NCBI GenBank assembly: GCA_035388785.1
Contig: DAOOQN010000001.1
Location: 23,996-87,995 of the forward strand
Origin: a bacterium
GTDB lineage: Bacteria > Patescibacteriota > Patescibacteriia > UBA2196
Direction of reading: 5' to 3'
DNA length: 64,000 nucleotides
Part shown: in pieces, positions 36,524 to 47,036 of the stretch
Numbering within the stretch: the stretch's first letter is position 1
Layout: each line of letters begins with the position of its first letter
Translations under genes and position numbers: made by a program
Notes under the pieces: generated by a model
What the model saw: the letters and a program-made list of their open reading frames with translations, nothing else
What the model was told of the DNA's origin: nothing
Databases searched by the model: none

Positions 36524-38125
36524 TTAATTTTTTATAAATTCATAAAAATAATACTCGACCTTGTCTTTATTTTTTAAATCAATAATAAATAAATTACCAA
36601 ATCTATATGCTCCTGATTGCTTAATTACTTCTTTATCAATATTATCAGCAATAATAATAATTTTATCTACTTGGCGTGGAATAAAAATTTTTCTGGCATA
36701 AATAATTTTTAATGCCGAACGATTTTTTATATGAAAATATTGTGGATTTTTATTATTCCCAAACAATTCATATAAATTATAATCGGGTAAATAATATTCT
36801 AAGTGTCGAAAATATTCTCCCATATTTGATATCCACTCATCTTGACCTTCCAAACGATATTGAAAACTTTTTTCTGTTATCAAAATTGTATTAGCTGGAT
36901 TAAATTGACTAATTTCACTACGATAATTAGCCATTAAACCATCAAAATCAGTAATACTTTGATAACTAAATTTTGTATACCATAAACTAAGATTATATAT
37001 TTTAGTACCCACATAAGGCTTAGTAAAAAAATTGGCACCAAAACAGAAAAAATATGTTTCTAACAAACAAACACACATAGTTATGAAAAAAAATATTTTT
37101 AATTTGCCAGTTTTAAAAATAAAAAATAAAGGCGCAGAAAATAAAACTATCAAAGATAGAGTCACTGTCATCAAATAACCAGGATTACCAAAATGAACAA
37201 AACTATAAAAAAAATACGAAGGTAATAACCACAATAAAAATAAAATGATATTTGGTCGAGTAAAAATATCCTTTATTTGTTCCTTGTTCTGGCTATAAAA
37301 AATAAAAATTGGTAACAAAATAAGCACATTTAAAATAATAATAGTCACTTTAGTAACGCTTTTTAGGTTTACTAAAAAAAATTGCCAGGAAGCGACCTGA
37401 AAAATAGAGGTCGCCGAAACAGCATGACTCAACTGCCAATTAGTAACTGATAAATAATTGTGCCAACCGTCAGACAAATAAATCAATGGAATAAACCAAA
37501 CTAAAAAAGAAGAAAATCCAATAACAATACTATAACCCAACTGTTTAAAATTTATGCTTTTATTTTTTATCAAAAAAATACTAACAAAAAACCACAATGG
37601 CAAAAATAATAGCAATAGACTTTCTCTTATTCCACCCGCACAAGCTAGAAAAAAACTGAACCAATACAAATATTTTACTTTTTTGCTTTTAATAATAAGC
37701 AAACTTAAAAAAACAAAAATAACGGAAAACAAAGCATCAAAAATATAGGTTGAAGCAACTTCCCCAAAAAACCAAAAATAAGGGTTAAATATTAAAATAA
37801 ACGATAACCAAAAAGCAAATTTTTTATTATCAAAAAACAGGCTGCAAAAATAATAAAAAATGATGACTGTAAAAATCGTGGCAACAATACTAATAATTAC
37901 ATATGCTAAGTTGGCATCAAAAAAGATAAAATTAAAAATTTTACCTAAAAAAACATACAAAATATATCCTGGCGGGTGTGGTTGGTGTTGCTGAAGACTA
38001 AATTTCTGTAAAGCTAAAGATAACTGCACCGCATCCCAGCTATACAAATAATGCGAAACAAATGGCAATCGTGTAATTAAAACAGTAAGAAATAAAATTA
38101 TTTCATGAAAATATTTTCTAAACAT
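36524..38125 (-). CDS. GT-C fold membrane glycosyltransferase (DUF2723-like)
   Basis: SWDAVQ, QPHPPGY; many TM helices. Confidence 0.7.
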   Translation of the reverse strand: MFRKYFHEIILFLTVLITRLPFVSHYLYSWDAVQLSLALQKFSLQQHQPHPPGYILYVFLGKIFNFIFFDANLAYVIISIVATIFTVIIFYYFCSLFFDNKKFAFWLSFILIFNPYFWFFGEVASTYIFDALFSVIFVFLSLLIIKSKKVKYLYWFSFFLACAGGIRESLLLLFLPLWFFVSIFLIKNKSINFKQLGYSIVIGFSSFLVWFIPLIYLSDGWHNYLSVTNWQLSHAVSATSIFQVASWQFFLVNLKSVTKVTIIILNVLILLPIFIFYSQNKEQIKDIFTRPNIILFLLWLLPSYFFYSFVHFGNPGYLMTVTLSLIVLFSAPLFFIFKTGKLKIFFFITMCVCLLETYFFCFGANFFTKPYVGTKIYNLSLWYTKFSYQSITDFDGLMANYRSEISQFNPANTILITEKSFQYRLEGQDEWISNMGEYFRHLEYYLPDYNLYELFGNNKNPQYFHIKNRSALKIIYARKIFIPRQVDKIIIIADNIDKEVIKQSGAYRFGNLFIIDLKNKDKVEYYFYEFIKN

Positions 38126-39233
38126 AAATTATTTCTCTTAGTTTCTCTGTGTGTATTTTCCAATTAAATTTATCCTCCACCATTTTTCTTCCAATTTCAC
38201 CAAACTTATCACATAAATCTTTATCTTCTAAAAGTATTTTCATTTTTTCTGCTAAATCTTTTACATCTCCAGGCTGTGCCAAAAACCCATTAATTTTATC
38301 TTTACATACCATACGCACACCAGGTAAATTTGTTGCTATGACTGCTTTGCTGTATTTCATAGCTTCAACCAACACCATACCAAACGCCTCACCAGAATTA
38401 ATTGATGGTAAAACCAAAAATTTACATTCGCTGTAAAGCCATTCTTTTTCCACATCATTAACTCTGCCAAAAAATTTTACTTTTTCTGTTAAACCCAAAT
38501 ACATAGCTAATTTTTCATATTCTGTGCGTAAATCACCGTCACCAACCAAAAACAATTTTATCTTTTGGTGTTGTAAAACCAACTGACTAAATGCATTTAA
38601 CAAAATATCGACTCCTTTAAAGTAGTGTGCCCGATCCATTCCACCCACAAATAAAATAAAATTTTCATTAGTCATCTGTTGTTCTTTATAAATTACTGGT
38701 TTTAAATCAGCACCCAAAGCTATCTCTACAAATTTATCTTTATGAGCCAAATAAAACTTTCCCAATGTAGAATGTATTGTATAATCAAGTGATTGTACCA
38801 TAACCTTAACAGCTGTTTTTAAAAATGATTTTAAAATCATGCGACTAGGTAAAGAAAAAACTTTAAAAAATAAATTTTTTGATATAAAATCCATGTGATA
38901 ATAAACAAAAACTTTACCATTCCAAAAACCGATTTTTTTCATAAACCACAAAACTTCCAATGTACCAAAAAATGGATAATGTAAAATTATTACATCAAAA
39001 CTTTTTAAACGCCATAAAAGTTGTGGTAAAAAAGCTGAATTACCATATTTTATCACGGGTTTTAAATAGTTAATTTTAAATTTTTCGTCTGTTATCTTTA
39101 CGCGACCAAAATCAGGTGTAAAAACTTCTACAGTTTCACCAATTTTTGTAAGGCCACGACTTTGCATTTCAGCCACCTTACCTATTCCACCACCATAAGG
39201 TGGGTAAACACAAACCACTTGTGCGATCTTCAT
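38118..39233 (-). CDS. Glycosyltransferase family 4
   Basis: YPPYGGGI, HYFKGV, EAFGMVLVEAM. Confidence 0.92.
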   Translation of the reverse strand: MKIAQVVCVYPPYGGGIGKVAEMQSRGLTKIGETVEVFTPDFGRVKITDEKFKINYLKPVIKYGNSAFLPQLLWRLKSFDVIILHYPFFGTLEVLWFMKKIGFWNGKVFVYYHMDFISKNLFFKVFSLPSRMILKSFLKTAVKVMVQSLDYTIHSTLGKFYLAHKDKFVEIALGADLKPVIYKEQQMTNENFILFVGGMDRAHYFKGVDILLNAFSQLVLQHQKIKLFLVGDGDLRTEYEKLAMYLGLTEKVKFFGRVNDVEKEWLYSECKFLVLPSINSGEAFGMVLVEAMKYSKAVIATNLPGVRMVCKDKINGFLAQPGDVKDLAEKMKILLEDKDLCDKFGEIGRKMVEDKFNWKIHTEKLREIIYV

Positions 39234-39239
39234 AAAAAA

Positions 39240-40274
39240 TTAAATGATTTTTTTAATCCACTGCCAATATAATTTCATAACTGGGTTAGCAATTTTATCC
39301 AATAAAAAATTGCTAACCTCCTGAAACTTTATTTCACTGACAAAATTCTTTGTTAATTCGATATCATTAATTTCTCTTATCTTTTGGATTTCTTGGCGAG
39401 CTCTAAACCAAGCTTTTATATTAATTAAAAACCAAAAATGAACCTCTAGCCACTGCCAAAAATAGCCACTTTTTAAAGCAAAATAAAATTGTCCCACATC
39501 CATAAAAACCAACATTGGCCAAATTAATAATAATGTTTTAAATTTATAAAACTTTAAAATTATATAAAGTCGATTTTTCTCCATCAAAAAATAACGATTT
39601 TTATTTTTAGTGGTCGGAAAAGAATAATCATGATAAACAATTGCTTCGGAGGCTAAAACTGTTTGATAGCCACACAGTCGTCCCCTTAAACAAATATCCG
39701 AATCCTCATGATAAGAACCAATGTTTTCGTCCAACAAGCCTATTTTTTTTAACATTTCCGCTTTATATAATACCGCCGCCGCCGATGCGTAGGTAATTTC
39801 TTTATTATTAAAATCAAAAAATTTTTCGTGATTACCACCAGTAAAACCATAACCAAGGTAGTGCAATTCATTGCCCCACGAATTAATCTCATTTCTGTTT
39901 TTATAATACAAAATTAACGGCTGTACAACACCAATTTTTTTATCACCTTCAGCTACTTTTACCAGTTCAAATAAAAAATCAGGTTCAACTTCAATATCCT
40001 GATTTAACAGTACTAAATATTCCGCACCCTGTTCAAGCGCGTATTGCATACCAATATTATTACCACCCACAAAACCCAAGTTTTTTTTCAATCTTATAAA
40101 ATGTAGATTTGGCCATTTTAATTCTTCCACAAATTCAGCGCTCCCATCAACAGAGTCGGAATCAATCACTACAAAATTTATTTTTTCGCCTGGATAATTT
40201 AAACTTGCCAAACTTTTAAAAAGTTTGGGCAAATATTTTAAACCATTCCAGGTTAAAATTATAATATAAATCAT
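39240..40274 (-). CDS. Glycosyltransferase family 2 (rhamnosyltransferase-like)
   Basis: NLGFVGGNN, LLNQD, YHEDSD. Confidence 0.9.
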   Translation of the reverse strand: MIYIIILTWNGLKYLPKLFKSLASLNYPGEKINFVVIDSDSVDGSAEFVEELKWPNLHFIRLKKNLGFVGGNNIGMQYALEQGAEYLVLLNQDIEVEPDFLFELVKVAEGDKKIGVVQPLILYYKNRNEINSWGNELHYLGYGFTGGNHEKFFDFNNKEITYASAAAVLYKAEMLKKIGLLDENIGSYHEDSDICLRGRLCGYQTVLASEAIVYHDYSFPTTKNKNRYFLMEKNRLYIILKFYKFKTLLLIWPMLVFMDVGQFYFALKSGYFWQWLEVHFWFLINIKAWFRARQEIQKIREINDIELTKNFVSEIKFQEVSNFLLDKIANPVMKLYWQWIKKII

Positions 40275-40276
40275 AG

Positions 40277-40624
40277 CTAATTATTTTTTTCTGTCTCATG
40301 ACTGGCGGCCGCTTTTAGTGCATCTTGCCGAACAATTTTTGTAATATTTCTTTCCATCTTTTCAAGACGCGTATAAATACGAAAAATAAAATAAAAAACC
40401 AAAATCATACCCAAATAGAGCACTAGATCTGCTCCACGACCAATGCCAACCAAATTAGCCAAACTAGTCAAAAAATTTGGCACCCACACAGCCACACCGG
40501 CCACTAACCAAAACAACAACCAACCCATAAATTCTGATATTTTTAAATCCGCTTTTTTAAAACGACCAATTAAACGCCACAAAACAAAAAAAATAAAAAT
40601 TGAAATTATAATTTGAATAAGCAT
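40277..40624 (-). CDS. DUF2304 family membrane protein
   Basis: LANLVGIGRGADLVLY, ERNITKIVRQDAL; follows a DPM-like GT2. Confidence 0.85.
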   Translation of the reverse strand: MLIQIIISIFIFFVLWRLIGRFKKADLKISEFMGWLLFWLVAGVAVWVPNFLTSLANLVGIGRGADLVLYLGMILVFYFIFRIYTRLEKMERNITKIVRQDALKAAASHETEKNN

Positions 40625-40639
40625 AAAATAAAAATTAAT

Positions 40640-41311
40640 TTAACTTTTAATAATTTTGTGAATAAAAATCTCCCATAAAATTTTTAAACCACCACCAACT
40701 CCTTGCCCAAATTCTTTATAAATTACACTAATCGGTAATTCTTTAAAACGCAAATTATTTTTTTTAATTTGTGCCACAATTTCTGTATTGTGTGACATGC
40801 CGTCTTGCAAGATCACTATCTTTTCGGCCGCCAATCGATTCATGGCTCTTAAACCACAATGTGCATCACTTAGTTTTAAACCAGTCAAAAAATAATTAAT
40901 TAGACGACTGATAGGGTGAATTATTTTTCTTTTCAACCAAGGCATCTGTATATTTTTTTGTAAAAAACGCGAACCTAAAACTATATCTACCTCATTGTTA
41001 ATTAATGGCTGTATGACATCCGAAATTTCATTAGCCAAAAATTGACCATCAGCATCAAAATGAATAACAATCCTTGCTCCATTTTGTAAAACAAACTCCG
41101 TGCCGGTTTGTAAAGCCGCACCCTGACCACGATTAATTTGCTGGCATACCACACTCACATCTTTTGCCCGTGCCAAAGCAACTGTCTCATCTTGTGATCC
41201 ATCATCCACCACTACTATTTTATAACCATATTTTAATAAATCATCCAAGGTGTTTTGGATATTTTTTGCTTCATTATAAGCCGGCACAACAACAAAAGTT
41301 GTTTCATTCAT
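40640..41311 (-). CDS. DPM/DPG-synthase-like GT2 (polyprenyl-phosphate sugar synthase)
   Basis: VVPAYNE, DDGSQD, NRGQGAALQTG, HFDADGQ, DAHCGLRA. Confidence 0.9.
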   Translation of the reverse strand: MNETTFVVVPAYNEAKNIQNTLDDLLKYGYKIVVVDDGSQDETVALARAKDVSVVCQQINRGQGAALQTGTEFVLQNGARIVIHFDADGQFLANEISDVIQPLINNEVDIVLGSRFLQKNIQMPWLKRKIIHPISRLINYFLTGLKLSDAHCGLRAMNRLAAEKIVILQDGMSHNTEIVAQIKKNNLRFKELPISVIYKEFGQGVGGGLKILWEIFIHKIIKS

Positions 41312-41313
41312 AA

Positions 41314-42321
41314 TTAAAAATTGCTCCTATACTCCTTCAAATGAACTTTCATATCCTCAACGGTTTTAATCAAACCATCTTCCAATGACACCATTGGAAA
41401 CCAATCCAGACCCTCTTTGGCCAAACCAATGTCAGGAACTAATTGTTTTGAGGTATAGGGTAAGTGTTCTTTAAATTCTAATTTAGAAGAAGAATTACAC
41501 AAATCAATAATTTTTTTTGCTAAATCAGCAATGCGTATAGTATCTTCACTACCTAAATTAATCGGCATGTTGATATCTGAATTCATCAATCGTATCAAAC
41601 CCTCTATCATATCGTCAATATAACAATAACTACCCATTTCGTCTTCCAAACCATAAACAGTAACGGTTTTATTCAATAAGGCATTTACTGCAAAATCTGG
41701 TATCATACGACCATCATCCAATTTCATGCGCGGTCCATAAGTATTGAAGACACGCGCTATTTTAACATTAATATCTTCCTTAGAGTGATAACTCATCACC
41801 AAACTTTCTGCAAAACGCTTACCTTCATTATAACAAGCACGTGGACCAATCGGATTAACCTTACCCCAATTATCTTCACGCACCAAATTCATATCATCCA
41901 GATCGCCATAAATGGCTGAGGTGGACAAATGTAAAATTTTTGCTTTGTGTTTTTTGGCCAGTAGTAAAACATTATTTGTACCATAAGAATTGGTCATCAA
42001 TGTCTCAATTGGTAAATTGTTGTATTTTTGTGGAGAAGTTGGACAGGCTAAATTATAAATTTCTTGAATACCCTGCAACTCAACCTTGAATTCTTTCAAT
42101 TCAGAACAGTCTTCTAACTTTAACGGCACACTAATGTCATGCTTAATAAACTTAAAAGCTGGATCGCTAAATAGTTGATCAATATTTTTTTCCGAACCGG
42201 TAATAAAATTATCCACGCAAATAACGTGATTTTTTTTTACCAACTCATCACATAGATGCGAACCAATAAAACCGGCTCCGCCAGTAACTAAAATGTTTTT
42301 TTTACCTGATGGATAAAACAT
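41314..42321 (-). CDS. UDP-glucuronate decarboxylase-like SDR
   Basis: TGGAGFIGSHL, NLACPTSP, VNPIGPRACYNEGKR, RVFNTYGPRM..DDGR. Confidence 0.9.
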   Translation of the reverse strand: MFYPSGKKNILVTGGAGFIGSHLCDELVKKNHVICVDNFITGSEKNIDQLFSDPAFKFIKHDISVPLKLEDCSELKEFKVELQGIQEIYNLACPTSPQKYNNLPIETLMTNSYGTNNVLLLAKKHKAKILHLSTSAIYGDLDDMNLVREDNWGKVNPIGPRACYNEGKRFAESLVMSYHSKEDINVKIARVFNTYGPRMKLDDGRMIPDFAVNALLNKTVTVYGLEDEMGSYCYIDDMIEGLIRLMNSDINMPINLGSEDTIRIADLAKKIIDLCNSSSKLEFKEHLPYTSKQLVPDIGLAKEGLDWFPMVSLEDGLIKTVEDMKVHLKEYRSNF

Positions 42322-42335
42322 AAAATTATTTTTTT

Positions 42336-42453
42336 AATTTTCAATTTATAATTTCTAAACAATAATTCAGTCGCCCAATTTTTAACTTCTAAAAATTTAA
42401 AATATTAGAAATTAAAACATTAAAAATTGTTTAGAAATTGAAAATTAGAAATT
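42336..42453. repeat. AT-rich heptamer-based inverted-repeat element
   Basis: AATTTCTAAACAAT (42350-42363) is the perfect inverse of ATTGTTTAGAAATT (42426-42439), flanked by AATTTTC and GAAAATT/AGAAATT heptamers. Confidence 0.65.
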
Positions 42454-42459
42454 AAACAT

Positions 42460-44697
42460 TTATTCTGCTGCCACTCGCACGCCACCTCTAAATTTAGAAT
42501 CGTAAGCAAAAAATTGTAATTGTAGTTCTCCGTTTAAACTAAAAACTCGCACTTGTGGTCCGCCAGACACACCTGCACCTGTAATAATCTCATCTTTTGA
42601 GTCACTGTTAATATCACCTGCGGCCACAAAAACTCCGCCTTTAAATTTTTTATCAAAAGCCAAAAAATTATTTAATAACTCACCTTTAAAATTAAATATA
42701 CGCACTTGTGGGGTATTGCCTGTACCAGCACCAACAATAATCTCATCACGACCGTCACCATCCACATCACCTGCGGCCACGCGTACCCCTTGTTTAAATT
42801 TCACATCAAAAACTAAAAACGAAGTCAACAAATTACCTTGTGGATCAAAAATTTTAACCCGTGGTTCATAACTACCCATAGGCGCTACAATAATCTCATC
42901 CCGACCATCACCATTTACATCACCTGCAGCCACAAAAACTCCACCTCTAAATTTTTTATCAAAAGCCATAAAACTACCTTTTATATGACCTTGGTAATCA
43001 AAAACTTTTATATCTGGTCCACCGCCCTTGGCCGGACCAGTAATAATTTCTAAAACCCCATCCGCATCAGTATCGCCCACTGCCACCTCTAAACCACCAC
43101 GAAAATTTTGATCATAAACCATAATTTGTTCTTCCAGATTTCCATTTTCAGAAAAAATCTTAACCCAGGGATAAGTGCCCTTACCCAGCCCAACCACAAT
43201 CTCTTTTTTTCCATCATTATCTATATCACCCGAAGCCAATGATAAACCACCCCTAAATTTATTATCAAAAGCAAAAAATTCTTCCTTCAAAGTATTTTGC
43301 TCCAAAATTTTAACATGTGGTCCACCACCCACACCAGCAGCGGTCAAAATCTTTTTTCTATCAAATTGTGTTGTTGGTGTCTCAGTCACCGCAGCACTCA
43401 CCGCCGCATAAACATCCAGTAGTCCTTTACCCAACTTACCTTTATAGTTTGGGTTTTGATTATCAATATTATGTGCACTATTTAAAACAACTTCCTGCAC
43501 TTGCATAATTGATAAATTTGGTTTAATCGCTTTTATTAAAGCTAAAGCCCCAGCAACCTGTGGTGCAGAAACAGAGGTTCCAGTAAATCCTAATTTATAA
43601 TAATCACTAAATTCATAACTATTATTCTGATGAAAAGTTGTGCTAAATAAGCGCACTCCTGGTGCAACCAAATCCACACACTTGGAACCATAGTTAGAAA
43701 AACTGGTCAAAATATTATCATTATCAACCGCAGCCACTCCCAAAACCCAATTCTCCCCATTTGGTCCATCGTGACAAACAGGATAAGAAAGATTATTTTC
43801 AATACCCATATCTAAACCACTTGAAACTTCATTCCCAGCAGCGGCCACCACCAAAACCCCAGCTTCATAAGCTTTTTTAATAGCATTTTCTAAAGTCAAA
43901 CTACGACCATGACCCACAAAACTTAAATTAATAATTTGTGCACCTTGTTTGACCGCATAATCAATTGCTTCCGCTACCTTATCAGTTGCCCCCAGGCCAG
44001 CACTATCCAAAACTCTCAGTGGCATAATTTTACTATTCCAAGTCACACCAGCAATACCCTCACCATTATGACCACGAGCCGCTGCAATGCCCGCCACTAC
44101 AGTGCCATGATTAACACCAACTTTACTATATGGCTCAATAATTTTTGGTAAAACATCTTTAGAATTGGTCAAAAAATCCCAACCGTGTACATCATCAGTA
44201 TAACTATTTTCATCATCATCAATACCATTATCAGCAATTTCTTTAAAATTAGTCCAAATATTATCTTTTAAATCCGGATGGTTTATATCCACGCCTGTAT
44301 CCAAAACAGCAACTGTCACCTGAGCAGAACCCACTGTAACATCCCAAGCTGGAATAGCTTTAATAATAGATAGATATAATTGCTGACTAAAAAATGTATC
44401 CGAGGGTTCTAATGAGGTTTGATAAATATAATTCGGTTCAACATAATCCACTGCAGCATTATTTTGATAATAATCCATAAGCTTAAACAACTCTTTATCA
44501 TCAGCAAACTTAAACTTATAAATATTCTCGCTGCCTTTTAATTTCACCAACAACTCTCCGGCTTGGTGTGCTGCAAGTGTTTCTTTAATATTCACACTTT
44601 CAGCATTCACAAATGAAAAGATAGAACCATTAAAAAACATGGCTAAAAAAAACACCCACAACCAAATTAAATTATTTTTAACTTTTTTATTTTTCAT
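42460..44697 (-). CDS. Secreted S8 subtilisin-like protease with C-terminal FG-GAP-type repeats
   Basis: Signal peptide; VAVLDTG, NHGTVVAG, AAAGN, GTSVSAP; about five repeats of FxGGVxVAAGDVxGDGxDEII. Confidence 0.93.
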   Translation of the reverse strand: MKNKKVKNNLIWLWVFFLAMFFNGSIFSFVNAESVNIKETLAAHQAGELLVKLKGSENIYKFKFADDKELFKLMDYYQNNAAVDYVEPNYIYQTSLEPSDTFFSQQLYLSIIKAIPAWDVTVGSAQVTVAVLDTGVDINHPDLKDNIWTNFKEIADNGIDDDENSYTDDVHGWDFLTNSKDVLPKIIEPYSKVGVNHGTVVAGIAAARGHNGEGIAGVTWNSKIMPLRVLDSAGLGATDKVAEAIDYAVKQGAQIINLSFVGHGRSLTLENAIKKAYEAGVLVVAAAGNEVSSGLDMGIENNLSYPVCHDGPNGENWVLGVAAVDNDNILTSFSNYGSKCVDLVAPGVRLFSTTFHQNNSYEFSDYYKLGFTGTSVSAPQVAGALALIKAIKPNLSIMQVQEVVLNSAHNIDNQNPNYKGKLGKGLLDVYAAVSAAVTETPTTQFDRKKILTAAGVGGGPHVKILEQNTLKEEFFAFDNKFRGGLSLASGDIDNDGKKEIVVGLGKGTYPWVKIFSENGNLEEQIMVYDQNFRGGLEVAVGDTDADGVLEIITGPAKGGGPDIKVFDYQGHIKGSFMAFDKKFRGGVFVAAGDVNGDGRDEIIVAPMGSYEPRVKIFDPQGNLLTSFLVFDVKFKQGVRVAAGDVDGDGRDEIIVGAGTGNTPQVRIFNFKGELLNNFLAFDKKFKGGVFVAAGDINSDSKDEIITGAGVSGGPQVRVFSLNGELQLQFFAYDSKFRGGVRVAAE

Positions 44698-44711
44698 TTA
44701 AATTTAAAAAA

Positions 44712-46952
44712 TTAATTTTCCAAAAGTTGTAAAAACTTCTCCGCCTCAGCCTGCAGTGCCGGATTAAGTTCGACTGCCTTTTTTACTGCTTGTCTGGCTT
44801 TTTCTTTTTGTCCAATTTCCCTATAAATTGTCGCCAATTTAGCATAATTATCAGCCGTTGGTTGTAAGAATGTTAATTTTTCTAACACCGCCGCTACTGC
44901 TTCTTTTTTTCCAGCCACCATATATACTCTATAAAGTCGCTCTAAATTTTCTGGACTACTAAAATTATAACCGTTCTTGGCCATAAAATCATATTGTGCA
45001 CCGGCTTCCGTATCGCGGCCAGCCACTGCATAAGCAGCCATCAAGTTCCATCTTGATTCCATGGTTTTTGGATTTAAATCAACAGCTTTCTGAAAATAAA
45101 CAATGCCATCATCAAAACGTTTCTGGCCAATTCTAGCCTGTCCCATTTCAAAATATATTTGTGGCCTAGTCGGTGACAGTGGTAATGCTTTTTCACCCCA
45201 ATTAATTACCTGCTCAAGTCGTGTCGTGTCAAAACCAGCACTCCGATTTAAAAGTGCCATTAAATACAAATAATTTTGTACATCCTTAGGCGCAGCCTTA
45301 ATATTAGCCTTAACTTCATCAATCGCTAAATTAAAATTGTTAATTACCTGTGTATTATCAAGCCCGCTGCTTGTATTATTAGACAAAATCACATTATCGG
45401 CTAATTTCTGTCTTATTTCTGATGTTTGATAGGTGTTCATATCAATCGCTTGCTTAAATAAATCTATAGCACTTTGTTCTTTGCCAGCATTAACCAATCC
45501 CAAACCTTCTATGGCCTTAGTGTTAGCCTGCATTGGTTTCAAATTAAAAATATAAGCCACAATAATAAAAACCAAAACCATTGATAAAGCACCAATCCAA
45601 TTAATTTCGTCCACATTTTTTATCTGGTTTTGTAATAGGCTTTTCTCCCCTTGTTTTTCAGTAATAAACACAGCCAAGGCCAACATAATAAACAACATCA
45701 AAAATGTTGACAGCACATCAAACACAAAAATATTTTGTACAAAATGAGCCACTAACGCCACACCCAAAACACGTGTTAAATAAAATTCTTGCTCGCGTAG
45801 TTGCCAAAGTTTTTTTAAAGCAAAAAAGAACAGCATTAAATAAGTCAACAATCCAAACACACCAGTCGCCACCGCCACATCAAAAATTGTGTTGTGCGCT
45901 CGATCAAACCATAGTTGAGAACCTTGATCAACAAAAATCTCTGGATGAAAATATTTATTAAAAGCAACATTGTAATTCTCCCAACCATAACCTACAAAAA
46001 AACGATCTTTCCATCCCTTCCAAGAAGTATCCCAAGCTAAAAGACGTGATTGGGTGGTCACATCAGTGGCTGAAATACCAACCAATCTTCTTAAGGTTGA
46101 CTGATTTTGTACCCAGGTTGCATTACGATTAAACCAGACGCTCACGCTAATAATAATTATGACAACCAAAATACCAATAGCCGACCAACGTAATTTATTT
46201 TTTTCCTTAGTTTCTTTATTAAAAATAAATAATAGACTCAATAAACCAGCACCAATAATCCAAGCCAACACCGCGCCCCTAGTCTGTGTATTATAAATAA
46301 TAAATAATTGCAACAGGGCTGAGAATGCAAAAAATAATTTGGCAAAAAGATTTCTTCTCTCAAAAAACAACAACACAGAAAAATAAAACATTTGTAAAGC
46401 AAAAGCACCCAAAAAAGCCGCGTTTCCAATGGTAGCAGCCAAACGTCCAGCACCCGGATTAATAATTTCCCAGAATAAAAATTTCTGTACATTAAATTTT
46501 TGTAACACGCCATAACCAGCCACTAAACCGCCCACCATCACTGCACCACTTAAATAATTCAGCCATTCTTTTTTCTCTTTAAACAACCAAGTTAAAAGTA
46601 AAAAATAAACAATCACATGTGCCAAGGTTAAAAAACCTTCCCCCCGTTCAATAGTACCCCAAAAAGTCTTGTAGAAATTAACACCAAAAATTCCAGTTAC
46701 CAACACAATACCGCCAAAAATAACCACTAACCAACTAATAATATTCATCTGTGGCCGATATCTTTTATCTAACAAAATGAGCCAGCCATACAATAATAAA
46801 GCAATTTCCAACAATAATCGAAAATACATGGTCTTGGAGGTGATAAATGGAAATAAAAATTTAGAAAAAACCAATAGCGGGGTCAACAAAATTAAATACA
46901 AAACCGCCTTTAAGGCATAGCGCAAATAATGAGCAAGTTTTTCAGTAGTCAT
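44712..46952 (-). CDS. O-antigen ligase-like (Wzy_C) protein with TPR C-terminus
   Basis: ERGEG, TIGNAAF, TQTRGA, GYGWENY, FDRAHN; TPR helices. Confidence 0.88.
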   Translation of the reverse strand: MTTEKLAHYLRYALKAVLYLILLTPLLVFSKFLFPFITSKTMYFRLLLEIALLLYGWLILLDKRYRPQMNIISWLVVIFGGIVLVTGIFGVNFYKTFWGTIERGEGFLTLAHVIVYFLLLTWLFKEKKEWLNYLSGAVMVGGLVAGYGVLQKFNVQKFLFWEIINPGAGRLAATIGNAAFLGAFALQMFYFSVLLFFERRNLFAKLFFAFSALLQLFIIYNTQTRGAVLAWIIGAGLLSLLFIFNKETKEKNKLRWSAIGILVVIIIISVSVWFNRNATWVQNQSTLRRLVGISATDVTTQSRLLAWDTSWKGWKDRFFVGYGWENYNVAFNKYFHPEIFVDQGSQLWFDRAHNTIFDVAVATGVFGLLTYLMLFFFALKKLWQLREQEFYLTRVLGVALVAHFVQNIFVFDVLSTFLMLFIMLALAVFITEKQGEKSLLQNQIKNVDEINWIGALSMVLVFIIVAYIFNLKPMQANTKAIEGLGLVNAGKEQSAIDLFKQAIDMNTYQTSEIRQKLADNVILSNNTSSGLDNTQVINNFNLAIDEVKANIKAAPKDVQNYLYLMALLNRSAGFDTTRLEQVINWGEKALPLSPTRPQIYFEMGQARIGQKRFDDGIVYFQKAVDLNPKTMESRWNLMAAYAVAGRDTEAGAQYDFMAKNGYNFSSPENLERLYRVYMVAGKKEAVAAVLEKLTFLQPTADNYAKLATIYREIGQKEKARQAVKKAVELNPALQAEAEKFLQLLEN

Positions 46953-47036
46953 AAGTTTTATTTTTCAAGTTTATTAATATAATTTTACCCCAACCTGTTA
47001 ATTATATCAAACTTGCTTTTTTAACAAAAATGTTAT

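Noticed and set aside
42480-43330. CRISPR array or DNA tandem repeat
   Set aside because: The ~153-bp periodicity is degenerate at third codon positions and encodes FG-GAP protein repeats; there is no repeat-spacer structure or cas gene
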